From the IMG/VR virus record IMGVR_UViG_3300028073_000008, positions 64,001-128,000 of that record: 64,000 nt of DNA; one strand, written 5' to 3'. This DNA is from a virus. Positions 26,456-35,229 of the stretch are shown here, piece by piece. Every line of letters begins with the position of its first letter. Position 1 is the stretch's first letter. The notes under the pieces were generated by a model. That model searched no databases and had not been told where the DNA came from. It saw nothing but the letters and a program-made list of their open reading frames with translations. The translations under genes were made by a program, and so were the position numbers.

Positions 26456-26538
26456 GCGAGCGTGGAGAAATCGGTAAACTCAGGAGACTTAAAATCTCCC
26501 GCTTCGGCTTGTGGGTTCGAGTCCCACCGCTCGCACCA
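26456..26538 (+). tRNA. tRNA-Leu(TAA)
   Basis: ggaga-CT-TAA-AA-tctcc; ACCA. Confidence 0.93.
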
Positions 26539-26541
26539 AAG

Positions 26542-26615
26542 GCTCCTATAGTTAAGTGGTATAACACATCCTTGGTAAGGATGAATTACAAGTTCAATTC
26601 TTGTTGGGAGCACCA
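26542..26615 (+). tRNA. tRNA-Thr(GGT)
   Basis: catcc-TT-GGT-AA-ggatg; ACCA. Confidence 0.9.
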
Positions 26616-26690
26616 TCTTTATCTGTATGTTTTTAAAGGTATTTGTCCAAAATAAGTAATAAGTTGGCCTTTAAAAACATGGAGGTTATT

Positions 26691-27194
26691 ATGAGAAACA
26701 TAGCAATAGTCTGTGTTGCCCTGTTATTAGGTGGCTGTCAGACTACAACACAAGCAGCTAGACCCTACATGGAAGAAGCACATCGTATGGAGGGCATGGA
26801 TGCTAAAACTAATCGTAAAGAACTCAAGCATTATATGAATTCGGCCAGAACAGGCACCGTAGATCCTTTACATATTCCTTGGTGTGCTGGTTGGGCAAAT
26901 GCCGTATTACAGAATAATGGAGTACAAGGAACTCATAGTCTAATGGCTCGCAGTTTCTTGAAATGGGGTCATCCTACACATAATCCACAAGAAGGCGACA
27001 TCGTGGTTCTGCGTAGAGGTCGAGCCGAATGGAGTGGTCATGTGGGATTCTTCAAAGGATATGAAGTAGTCGATGGCGTCACTTATGTCAAGGTATTGGG
27101 AGGCAATACTGACAAGAGTGTCGCGATCGGATACTTTCCGACTAATTATGTCCTAGCATTTAGAGCACCAAATTATTCTCCCAAAATGAATTAG
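26691..27194 (+). CDS. TIGR02594-like NlpC/P60-CHAP cell-wall peptidase with lipoprotein signal
   Basis: GGAGG SD; LLLGGC lipobox; PWCAGWAN...GDIVVL...GHVGF...LGGN. Confidence 0.8.
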   Translation: MRNIAIVCVALLLGGCQTTTQAARPYMEEAHRMEGMDAKTNRKELKHYMNSARTGTVDPLHIPWCAGWANAVLQNNGVQGTHSLMARSFLKWGHPTHNPQEGDIVVLRRGRAEWSGHVGFFKGYEVVDGVTYVKVLGGNTDKSVAIGYFPTNYVLAFRAPNYSPKMN

Positions 27195-27270
27195 CCCTGG
27201 TGGCGGAATCGGTATACGCACTACGTTGAGGTCGTAGGTTTTGCGGGTTCGAATCCCGCCTAGGGCACCA
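27194..27270 (+). tRNA. tRNA-Leu(GAG), short variable arm
   Basis: ctacg-TT-GAG-GT-cgtag; 5-nt V region; ACCA. Confidence 0.88.
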
Positions 27271-27271
27271 C

Positions 27272-27300
27272 TTGACTTTTCGATCGTTTTTGTGTATAAT
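27272..27300 (+). promoter_or_regulatory. Sigma70-type promoter
   Basis: TTGACT-N17-TATAAT. Confidence 0.8.
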
Positions 27301-27329
27301 AAACACATGTTCAATTCTTAAGGACTTTT

Positions 27330-27590
27330 ATGAATCGCGATGAGCATTTTGAGTATAACAATGAAGAAGAAGCTGAGATCGCACAGATCAACAGCTTAGT
27401 GATGAATATGAACGCAGAGAGAGCACTGCGTGACAAATTGGAAAAGCAACGTTCGCAACCTTCCGCTGAGTTCTGCGAAGGCTGTGGCGATGAAATTCCA
27501 GAACCGCGTAGATTGGCTATACCTGGTGTCACACACTGCGTATACTGCCAAGATCGAAATGAACGACTGAGCAAACTAACTGCTAAATGA
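27330..27590 (+). CDS. TraR/DksA C4-type zinc-finger protein
   Basis: CEGCGDEIPEPRRLAIPGVTHCVYCQ. Confidence 0.9.
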   Translation: MNRDEHFEYNNEEEAEIAQINSLVMNMNAERALRDKLEKQRSQPSAEFCEGCGDEIPEPRRLAIPGVTHCVYCQDRNERLSKLTAK

Positions 27591-27601
27591 AAGGGGCCGT
27601 C

Positions 27602-28051
27602 ATGGCTAGAGAACGTGCGAAATTGAGCGAAAAGGAAGAACGAATCCTGATCCAAAGTCAGTTGATGGGTCTTACTACTGCTAACATGATCCGTATCGGT
27701 AATCGCCTGCGAGCCATTGATATCGAACGCGAGCAAAAAGAACTGATCAATCGTCTGATGGAAGGACGTTCTTATAGCAAGCAGACCAATGGTTGGAAAA
27801 TCGTTGATCAAGATGGTGTGAACTATGAGTTCAACAAGATCAAACTCAAGCGCAAGACCAACTATTACGAATCAGCATGGGCTTGGGAAGTCACTATCAC
27901 TAAGCCAGGTACTAGATTCGTGCCCAAGAAATTGGAGAAAGTTTCTCGCTACAACGGCAATTACGATGATCCTCCTCAGCGTCTCTGCCCTGACAACAGC
28001 AAGGAACTATTTGGAGTATTGAAAGTTTTAAACAACGTAAGGATCTCATGA
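27602..28051 (+). CDS. Hypothetical protein
   Basis: ORF in operon. Confidence 0.7.
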   Translation: MARERAKLSEKEERILIQSQLMGLTTANMIRIGNRLRAIDIEREQKELINRLMEGRSYSKQTNGWKIVDQDGVNYEFNKIKLKRKTNYYESAWAWEVTITKPGTRFVPKKLEKVSRYNGNYDDPPQRLCPDNSKELFGVLKVLNNVRIS

Positions 28052-28260
28052 TGAAAGTCTTAGACGTTAGGTGGTTTAGTGGTGGTCATGTGGTAGGCAT
28101 CGTTCGAGTCGATGTTCCATATGAAGGTATCAAATATTACATAGGTTCAGGAAACGGTGACGACGAAGCTGTGGATATCGAATACATCTCTGCGTATGGC
28201 GCTACATTTCCTAGCGATGTAGGAGATATTTTATTTGGAATAAAAAATGAACAAGAATAA
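28048..28260 (+). CDS. Hypothetical protein
   Basis: ATGA overlap. Confidence 0.65.
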   Translation: MMKVLDVRWFSGGHVVGIVRVDVPYEGIKYYIGSGNGDDEAVDIEYISAYGATFPSDVGDILFGIKNEQE

Positions 28261-28340
28261 ACTGTATTGTGTGACTTGTTTTGGACCCTTCGCTCGTTTC
28301 CGGCAGAACGGTGTGTGGCACGTGAATCATAGGTGCTGAA

Positions 28341-28556
28341 ATGACTATAGAAGATTTACAACATATTTTTCAGCCTCAGATTGACGAAGGCACAACCAAA
28401 CTCTACTATATGTTAGTAGACGCATTTACGCCTGACTCAGGTATTACTGGTACGGTGTTGCGACACGATGTAAACGATCTCGAATCTCTGTTACCCATGC
28501 TGGACTGTTTTCAATACGCTGGAACTAGAGCAAGAATGCCAAGGTTTAGAAAATGA
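28341..28556 (+). CDS. Hypothetical protein
   Basis: ORF in operon. Confidence 0.55.
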   Translation: MTIEDLQHIFQPQIDEGTTKLYYMLVDAFTPDSGITGTVLRHDVNDLESLLPMLDCFQYAGTRARMPRFRK

Positions 28557-28624
28557 CGCCAGAATATGGCGGCAGGTAGGTCGACAGCGGCACGGCTGAT
28601 TAAAGAACATTTCGGAGTTGAAGA

Positions 28625-29188
28625 ATGAAACCGTGGATACAGAACGTAAGCCTTAGCGATGTCCGTAAGGGATTCCACATCGACGCTGGTATCAATTCTA
28701 TGTTGATCCAGATCGTAGATCCCGGTATGGAGTTTCCTACACCTTCTTATCAATTCCGCGAGGTCCATCAATTTGAATTCTTGGATGTCGAAGAAAAAGA
28801 TGAGGTCTTGGAAGAAGCCATGCGATGCTCGCATGAGCAGGCAGCTGAACTAGTACGACTGCTAGAACATGCGATGGAACAGCATATGAATGTAGTTGTC
28901 CATTGTGTAGCCGGAGTCTGTCGTTCGGGTGCTGTCTGTGAAATCGGTGTCATGATGGGCTTCCGAGACACAGAAGCTTTCCGTAGCCCTAATCTTCTAG
29001 TCAAGCATCGCATGATGAAACAGTTAGGTTGGACCTACGACGAGAATGAACCTCATACCATCAATGGTTATACTACTGATGCGGGGATCGTTCTTCCTAA
29101 GACCATAGACTGGGATACTGATAACGAAAAGGTCTTTACACTAGCGGCAGAACGTCGTGAGCGTAGACAGCGTGAAGGCGATATTTAA
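28625..29188 (+). CDS. Cys-dependent (PTP/DSP-like) phosphatase
   Basis: VHCVAGVCRS (HCX5R). Confidence 0.8.
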   Translation: MKPWIQNVSLSDVRKGFHIDAGINSMLIQIVDPGMEFPTPSYQFREVHQFEFLDVEEKDEVLEEAMRCSHEQAAELVRLLEHAMEQHMNVVVHCVAGVCRSGAVCEIGVMMGFRDTEAFRSPNLLVKHRMMKQLGWTYDENEPHTINGYTTDAGIVLPKTIDWDTDNEKVFTLAAERRERRQREGDI

Positions 29189-29227
29189 ACTGTGGCTTTT
29201 TTACAACAGCCCTGTAACCTATTTTGG

Positions 29228-29256
29228 TTGACAGGGTTTCTTTTTGGTGCTACAAT
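29228..29256 (+). promoter_or_regulatory. Sigma70-type promoter overlapping a terminator-like hairpin
   Basis: TTGACA-N17-TACAAT; CCCTGT...ACAGGG + T run. Confidence 0.75.
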
Positions 29257-29291
29257 AGACAAAGAATGAAAGTAAAAGAAAGAGGGCGAGT

Positions 29292-29726
29292 ATGTCAGTA
29301 TTCAAAGATTTGATCGGAAAAAGAATCAACGGAGTGTTCGTTGGTAACGAAAACTGGAGCCTTGTGTTCCGTACGACCGATGGTAAGTTCTATCGTTACG
29401 ACACTAGAAATGATTGCTGTAACAGTGTGTGGGTAAATCATATCACTGGTGTCGACTGTGTGGGTAAAGGCGACTCCTTTGACATCATCAAAGGTGCTCT
29501 TGTTATCGACACCGAAGACAAAGGATGGGGTGAGAACCGAAGCGACGACGAAGACGGTTACGAAGTCATCCAAGATGGCTTCTGGACTATCAAGACCGAC
29601 CGAGGTTATATCGATATCGAAGTTCGTAACAGCCACAATGGTTACTACGGCGGCGACATCGAGTTCCAAGAAAACGAAGGTGTTTCAGATATCGACAACT
29701 TCAAACAAGTATTAGAAGATTTTTAA
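29292..29726 (+). CDS. Hypothetical phage protein
   Basis: DCC...RNSHNGYYGG. Confidence 0.75.
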   Translation: MSVFKDLIGKRINGVFVGNENWSLVFRTTDGKFYRYDTRNDCCNSVWVNHITGVDCVGKGDSFDIIKGALVIDTEDKGWGENRSDDEDGYEVIQDGFWTIKTDRGYIDIEVRNSHNGYYGGDIEFQENEGVSDIDNFKQVLEDF

Positions 29727-29740
29727 GAAAGGAGGGCACA

Positions 29741-30346
29741 ATGCCTAGTGTATTTTTAGTTAGCGATACGCACTTTGGTCACGCAGGTGTGTGCCGCTTC
29801 ACACGTAACGACGGTGTTACAAAGTTGCGTCCATGGACTGATCCAGACGAAATGGATGAAGCTATGGTCAAGGCTTGGAACGAACGTGTCAAGCCCACGG
29901 ACAAGGTCTATCATTTAGGCGACGTGGTTATAAACCGCAAGGCAATGAAGACATTGGCTCGGTTGAACGGTGACAAGGTCTTGATCCGTGGTAACCACGA
30001 TATCTTCCGTGACGACGAGTACAGACAGTACTTCCGTGAGTTACGAGCATATCATGTTATGAACGGGATGATCTTAAGCCATATTCCTGTACACAGTGAC
30101 AGCTTGGGACGTTTTGGTGTTAACATTCACGGACACTTACACGCAAACCGCGTTAAGAAAGCTCGTGGCGTTGATGCTCGCACAGGAGAAATCTTGTACA
30201 GCGAGGAAAACGATGTTCGTTATCATTGCGTCTGCGTAGAACAGACTCCGGACTTTGCGCCTATATTGTTTGAAGATGTTATCAAGAACATCGAAGCAGA
30301 AGGTGGAAGTGTTGGATTTCGAAACGGCAACGGTCCGGAGATGTAA
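29741..30346 (+). CDS. Calcineurin-like metallophosphoesterase
   Basis: SDTHFGH, HLGD, GNHD, HGHLH. Confidence 0.9.
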   Translation: MPSVFLVSDTHFGHAGVCRFTRNDGVTKLRPWTDPDEMDEAMVKAWNERVKPTDKVYHLGDVVINRKAMKTLARLNGDKVLIRGNHDIFRDDEYRQYFRELRAYHVMNGMILSHIPVHSDSLGRFGVNIHGHLHANRVKKARGVDARTGEILYSEENDVRYHCVCVEQTPDFAPILFEDVIKNIEAEGGSVGFRNGNGPEM

Positions 30347-30810
30347 TGCCAAAATGTTATCAACTTATCGGAGTCCCAGGTAGTGGAAAATCTACCTGGG
30401 TTTCCAATCAAGAGTGGGCCAAAGATTGTAGTATTGTATCCACCGATGCATGGGTAGAAGATTACGCAAAACGAATGGGAAAAACTTATTCAGAAGTTTT
30501 TACTGAATACATGCCTGTAGCAGTAAAGCTAATGGCTGATCATGTTGTCAAATGCCGTCAAGATGGTATAGATATTATTTGGGATCAGACTAGTACTACT
30601 GTCAAAAGTCGTGCCCGAAAATTCAATATGTTGCCAGAATATGAGCATATTGCTGTAGTATTCCGTACACCCGAGCATACAGAACTCATGCGTCGGCTGA
30701 TGAGTCGACCTGGTAAAGAAATTCCCGAACACGTTATTACTAGCATGATCGACGGATGGGAAGATCCAACTGAGGAAGAAGGATTTAAAGAAATTTGGTA
30801 CGCTCAATAA
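30346..30810 (+). CDS. P-loop kinase (AAA_33 / polynucleotide-kinase-like)
   Basis: GVPGSGKST; STD; WDQT...R. Confidence 0.85.
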   Translation: MPKCYQLIGVPGSGKSTWVSNQEWAKDCSIVSTDAWVEDYAKRMGKTYSEVFTEYMPVAVKLMADHVVKCRQDGIDIIWDQTSTTVKSRARKFNMLPEYEHIAVVFRTPEHTELMRRLMSRPGKEIPEHVITSMIDGWEDPTEEEGFKEIWYAQ

Positions 30811-30835
30811 AAGGACCCTAGGGTCCTTTTTTTTT
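30809..30835 (+). terminator. Intrinsic terminator
   Basis: AAAAGGACCC-TA-GGGTCCTTTT + T run. Confidence 0.75.
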
Positions 30836-30885
30836 GACTTTTTTTTGGAAATCAATAAATACGCATATAATCCTGGAGAAATAAA

Positions 30886-31437
30886 ATGCTGCTTGGCCTT
30901 GATGACCTCAGGTTTAATCAAGAATGGTTAGACCTTTTGAAAAATGATCCCGTACATCCCGATATACCTATACATGATCGTTTGATCGATGGTCGAACTG
31001 TGTTTGCTTTCGCACCAGAAGGCACTCCGGTAGCTATGGTCTGTGCCAAACTATCAGATCATATTAACAAATCAATGACTGATATCCTTAGCCCTAGCCA
31101 ACAGAAAATGGTAGCTATGTTCTATACCGTATTCCGTTTGCCTGGAGCAGCAGGCAGTGTCGGAGCCGATATCATCAATCAGGCTATCGCATACTGTAAA
31201 TCTCAAGGTGTAGAACAACTTTACACTCTAAGCCCAATCCCTAGCCTCAGGAAAAATTTCGTCGAAATGCCCACAGAAGAAGAAATTAGAGAATACATAC
31301 AAGCTCGTAAAGATCCTGTAGCTCGTTTCCATTTGGGCAATGGTGCTCGTTTAGCTGGTGTTAATTTCGCAGCCGATTCTAGTCCAAAACGTTTGGAAGA
31401 AAGCTGGGGGATTATGGTGAACTACGATTATTCTTAG
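30886..31437 (+). CDS. Malonyl-CoA decarboxylase catalytic-domain-like protein (minimal)
   Basis: TLSPIP, DPVARFHLGNGARL, AD.S, S.G.MVNY.Y signature motifs. Confidence 0.75.
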   Translation: MLLGLDDLRFNQEWLDLLKNDPVHPDIPIHDRLIDGRTVFAFAPEGTPVAMVCAKLSDHINKSMTDILSPSQQKMVAMFYTVFRLPGAAGSVGADIINQAIAYCKSQGVEQLYTLSPIPSLRKNFVEMPTEEEIREYIQARKDPVARFHLGNGARLAGVNFAADSSPKRLEESWGIMVNYDYS

Positions 31438-31521
31438 CTCGTTTTAAATTTTGGCGTGTGCTATACTAAATCATACCTCAGATAAATAACTTTGGACGGA
31501 GCGTCCTTGATTGGTGGATTT

Positions 31522-32166
31522 ATGCGCAAACGTATAGCTCTTTTTCTCAGCCACCCAAAATGTTCGATTCAATGCGGCAACGGCATGATCAGGGCCCTAA
31601 GCCCACATTACGATTTCAAAATTTTCAGCAAACACAGTCTAGAAGATGACTTCTTCGACGATGTCGATATAATCGCCATGCCCGGAGGCATAGGTGATTC
31701 CGACAGCTTCTTCAAACTTTTCAAAGAAAACGGTGAACGAGTCAAAGAATTTATAGACAACGGCGGATATTATTTGGGCATATGTATGGGCGCCTATTGG
31801 GCTGGCAGCAGATATTTTGATATACTAGAAGATGTAGATGCTGAACAATATATCACACGCCCAAACACAGACACAAGAAGGCCTCACCCAAAAAATATGC
31901 CCGTAGTTTGGAACGGTCAAAAAACCAATATGTATTTCTACGATGGCTGCGCACTAGTAGGCAATAGAAATAAATTCCAAACCATAGCCACATACAGCAA
32001 CGGTGATCCTATGGCTATCATACAAAATCGTATAGGAGTCATCGGGTGTCACCCTGAAAGCGAACCACACTGGTTTGAATTACAGAGCTGGATGAAAGGC
32101 AAATATCATAACGGTGTTCATCACCAATTACTGCTTGATTTTGTTGACAGGCTAACTAACAGATAG
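31522..32166 (+). CDS. BPL_N / class I glutamine-amidotransferase-like protein
   Basis: MPGG, GYYLGICMGAY, HPE. Confidence 0.8.
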   Translation: MRKRIALFLSHPKCSIQCGNGMIRALSPHYDFKIFSKHSLEDDFFDDVDIIAMPGGIGDSDSFFKLFKENGERVKEFIDNGGYYLGICMGAYWAGSRYFDILEDVDAEQYITRPNTDTRRPHPKNMPVVWNGQKTNMYFYDGCALVGNRNKFQTIATYSNGDPMAIIQNRIGVIGCHPESEPHWFELQSWMKGKYHNGVHHQLLLDFVDRLTNR

Positions 32167-32172
32167 TACACT
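32144..32172 (+). promoter_or_regulatory. Sigma70-type promoter
   Basis: TTGACA-N17-TACACT. Confidence 0.65.
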
Positions 32173-32200
32173 AGTCTAATAAAGTTACAAAGGTTTTATT

Positions 32201-32425
32201 ATGGACATGAATTCACTGGCTGTTTGGTTAGCCGGTTGCGTACTGTTTTCGTTAGGCGTAGTTGTTATCATGGCGGCTGTTATCGTCATTAATAATTTGA
32301 TCCACAGATTTTGGAAACCAGTTACATTTTTCTATACACAACACGGATTATTTCCTACAGTAAGATTTGTTACACAAGAAGAACTGATACAAATAGAACA
32401 GGAAAAGGAAAAGAAAAATGTCTAA
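32201..32425 (+). CDS. Small membrane protein
   Basis: Single N-terminal TM helix. Confidence 0.7.
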   Translation: MDMNSLAVWLAGCVLFSLGVVVIMAAVIVINNLIHRFWKPVTFFYTQHGLFPTVRFVTQEELIQIEQEKEKKNV

Positions 32426-32639
32426 CCTAATATGGAATTCAACACTAGACAGCATATATGATTGTGAAGTTACCAGGATCGACGAACGTACTGGTCTGCT
32501 CAAGGTAACTAATAGTGAGTCCAAGTCTGTACTTTTAGAAAAAACCGTAGGTCTCAGTTACGGTTCAATATTTGGTCCAGATGTAGAAGATGTCGCGATT
32601 TGGCAAGAACTAGCCGTCAAAGCCGTAGACAGCCAATAA
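32418..32639 (+). CDS. Hypothetical protein
   Basis: ORF coupled to upstream gene. Confidence 0.7.
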   Translation: MSNLIWNSTLDSIYDCEVTRIDERTGLLKVTNSESKSVLLEKTVGLSYGSIFGPDVEDVAIWQELAVKAVDSQ

Positions 32640-32645
32640 TACGTT

Positions 32646-32722
32646 ATTGATTTTTTCAATAACGCTCATAGAAATATTTTTAGAAAAAACCTATTGATTT
32701 AGGTTTTTAATAGACTATATAA
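32646..32722 (+). promoter_or_regulatory. OxyR-like (LysR) operator and promoter upstream of ahpC
   Basis: ATTG-N7-CAAT-N7-ATAG...CTAT periodic tetrads; TATAAT downstream. Confidence 0.5.
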
Positions 32723-32775
32723 TAACTGTATAGAGCAAAAGTTCTATCAGGTTTTAACACACACAAGGAGAAAAT

Positions 32776-33315
32776 ATGAAAACCGTTGGTAATAAACTAG
32801 ACCCATTTGTGATCACTGGCGTCAAGCCTGGTCAACCCGAAGATGCTTTCTTCGATATCACACACGAATCATTTCCAGGCAAGTGGAAAGTAATCGTGTA
32901 TTACCCAAAGGACTTTACATTCGTATGTCCTACTGAAATCGTAGCCTACGACAAATTGTCTAAAGATTTCGAAGACCGTGATGCTGTATTGCTAACTGGT
33001 TCAACAGACAATGAGTTCTGTAAGGTAGCTTGGCAGAACGCACACGAAGATCTCAAGAAGATTACTCACACACAGTTTGCTGATACACAGCGTGGCGAAA
33101 ACAGTTTGATCGAACAGCTTGGTGTATTTTATGCTCCAGCAGGTGCCGCACTTCGTGCCACTTTCATTGTTGATCCAAACAATGAGATCCAACACGTTAC
33201 TGTTAACAACTTGAACGTTGGTCGTAGCCCAGAGGAAACTCTACGTATCCTCGACGCTCTCCAAACTGGCGAGTTGTGCGCATGTAATCGTAAGGTTGGT
33301 GGCGAAACTCTTTAA
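32776..33315 (+). CDS. ahpC: Peroxiredoxin AhpC
   Basis: YPKDFTFVCPTEI; RATFIVDP; GRSPEE; ELCACN. Confidence 0.95.
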   Translation: MKTVGNKLDPFVITGVKPGQPEDAFFDITHESFPGKWKVIVYYPKDFTFVCPTEIVAYDKLSKDFEDRDAVLLTGSTDNEFCKVAWQNAHEDLKKITHTQFADTQRGENSLIEQLGVFYAPAGAALRATFIVDPNNEIQHVTVNNLNVGRSPEETLRILDALQTGELCACNRKVGGETL

Positions 33316-33325
33316 TAGGTGAACC

Positions 33326-33733
33326 ATGCTTGAGTGTTTGATATTAGGTGACAGCATAGCAGTAGGTACTATCCAGGCTAGACCTGGTTGTGTTGAAATG
33401 GCCAAAGGTGGCATCAACAGTTGGCAATGGAACAAACAATTCAGCGATCGTCCGGCACTGGACGGAATGGAATATAAGTTTGTTGTGATCAGTCTAGGTT
33501 CGAACGATCACAAAGGTGTCAACACAGAAAAGGAAATACTTGCTATCAGAGAAAAGGTAATCGCTAAACACGTTTACTGGATCCTTCCTGCTATCAAACC
33601 AGATGTACAAGCGATCGTACAAAAGGTTGCGGGTAGGTATGGCGATACTGTCCTACCGATCCGCACTCTTTCTAAAGACGGCGTACATCCTACAGGCAAA
33701 GGTTACAAAGAAATAGCAGAGACACTAAAATGA
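33326..33733 (+). CDS. SGNH/GDSL hydrolase
   Basis: GDSIA, SLGSND, DGVHP. Confidence 0.85.
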   Translation: MLECLILGDSIAVGTIQARPGCVEMAKGGINSWQWNKQFSDRPALDGMEYKFVVISLGSNDHKGVNTEKEILAIREKVIAKHVYWILPAIKPDVQAIVQKVAGRYGDTVLPIRTLSKDGVHPTGKGYKEIAETLK

Positions 33734-34245
33734 CAACATGGGTAGATCAAATCAAAGAGGCATTGCCAGATTATGCCAAAGACACTAGACTTAATCTGGA
33801 CGCGGTTATTAATCGCAGCACATTGGATCCAATCGAGGCAAACGGTTGCGCACTCGCCGCAGCCATGGCTACCGGCAATGGAAAGCTGGTTACATTCATT
33901 CAGTCTGGGATTGAAGACACTGTTGAGCGCGATGCTGCGTTGACTGCTGCCGCTATCATGGCACAGAATAACGTATGGTATCCATATGTTGAAATGGCTG
34001 ATGATGCAAACCTCAAAGGTTTGCCAGCACAGCTACGCATGAATGCTATTGCCAGCCACGGCGGTACTACCAAGGCTCGTTTTGAATCATATAGCCTTGC
34101 TGCCAGTATCGTAGGCAAATGTCATTTCTGCGTCAAGGCGCACTATGAAACACTCAAGAAGGAAGGCTACACAGTAGAACAACTTCGAGACATAGGACGC
34201 ATTGCCGCAGTAATTACATCAGTGGCAAGAGTATTAAATTCATGA
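33730..34245 (+). CDS. ahpD: Alkylhydroperoxidase AhpD
   Basis: LPDYAKD..LNL; MAQNNVWY; ASIVGKCHFCVKAH. Confidence 0.93.
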   Translation: MTTWVDQIKEALPDYAKDTRLNLDAVINRSTLDPIEANGCALAAAMATGNGKLVTFIQSGIEDTVERDAALTAAAIMAQNNVWYPYVEMADDANLKGLPAQLRMNAIASHGGTTKARFESYSLAASIVGKCHFCVKAHYETLKKEGYTVEQLRDIGRIAAVITSVARVLNS

Positions 34246-34436
34246 ATGTAAAACGTATCAGAGTCTATAAAAGCACAGGGAGAAGTCCGGACTATATAAG
34301 TGTAGGAAAAAGTTGGCCTACATATGGTCCGGGCCAGACCCCGCCTAAAGAATCTCGCACAGACGAAGACTTTCGCCTGGAGCAAGAACGAATCGCTAGA
34401 GCAATTGAACAGGCTAAGAGCGGTTTGGTAAGATAA
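34242..34436 (+). CDS. Small hypothetical protein
   Basis: ATGA overlap with ahpD. Confidence 0.55.
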   Translation: MNVKRIRVYKSTGRSPDYISVGKSWPTYGPGQTPPKESRTDEDFRLEQERIARAIEQAKSGLVR

Positions 34437-34544
34437 ATAGTTGGACTAGATTTACAGTCACACTATAATACATTACTCCATAGCAATACTGCTATGCGTG
34501 TCAATATTCTATAGTCAAGGACTATAGCAACTAGAGGAAGTAAA

Positions 34545-35222
34545 ATGAAGAAAACTTTACTACTGTCTGCGGTAGCAGTTATCGCACTGGCGTCTGCCGG
34601 TATCGCTGCTGATCTACCAAAGAAGAAGAAGACTGAGCCTGCTGCGGCTGCTCCAGTCGTATCAGCAGTGCCTACTGAAAAACCAGTACAAGTAGCCAGT
34701 GCTGATACCACTATCGCTCTTGGATTCGGAATGGAATCTAATGACGGTGTTTACGACACCGCTAACAAGTATGCCTATAAGGTAGCTGTTGAGCGTAACA
34801 TCGGCGGTGGTGCGTTTGTTGGTGGTAATTTCCAAACCAGCCAAACACAACCAAACAATGGTGCTATCAAGCAGAACATCGAAGTCATCGGCGGCTACAA
34901 GCTGCCAATGGGTCCTGTATCTGTCAAGGGAAGTTTAGGTGTCGGTGAACGTTATACCGATGGCAATAACTTTTCTTACTATGTTGCTCGTGCTGGCGCA
35001 GACTATAAGCTGACCGACTCGATCACATTGAACGCTGCTCAATATCGTTATCGTAATGCGTTCGACACTACCAACAACTATCAGAGCCACCAAATCGGCA
35101 CTGGTATGACTTTCAACTACACGCAGAATCAGGCCATCTATGCCAATGTCTACCGTAACCTAGACAGCGGTTTCAATGTCACTGACAATGGTGTAGAAAT
35201 GGGACTTAAGGTTTCTTTCTAA
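34545..35222 (+). CDS. Outer-membrane beta-barrel protein
   Basis: Signal peptide, AADLP start of mature chain, alternating beta strands, C-terminal Phe (GLKVSF). Confidence 0.8.
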   Translation: MKKTLLLSAVAVIALASAGIAADLPKKKKTEPAAAAPVVSAVPTEKPVQVASADTTIALGFGMESNDGVYDTANKYAYKVAVERNIGGGAFVGGNFQTSQTQPNNGAIKQNIEVIGGYKLPMGPVSVKGSLGVGERYTDGNNFSYYVARAGADYKLTDSITLNAAQYRYRNAFDTTNNYQSHQIGTGMTFNYTQNQAIYANVYRNLDSGFNVTDNGVEMGLKVSF

Positions 35223-35229
35223 TTAACTG

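Noticed and set aside
17269-27270. ORF-track entries overlapping tRNAs (e.g. 17478, 18088, 19820, 20324, 20792, 21022, 23512, 25103, 26174, 26419) and N-terminal extensions of 16843 and 21388
   Set aside because: They are translations of tRNA/ncRNA sequence; real starts were reassigned.
28566-28628. Micro-ORF MAAGRSTAARLIKEHFGVEE
   Set aside because: Looks like the C-terminal remnant of a small phage gene and has no SD; insufficient support as a functional CDS.
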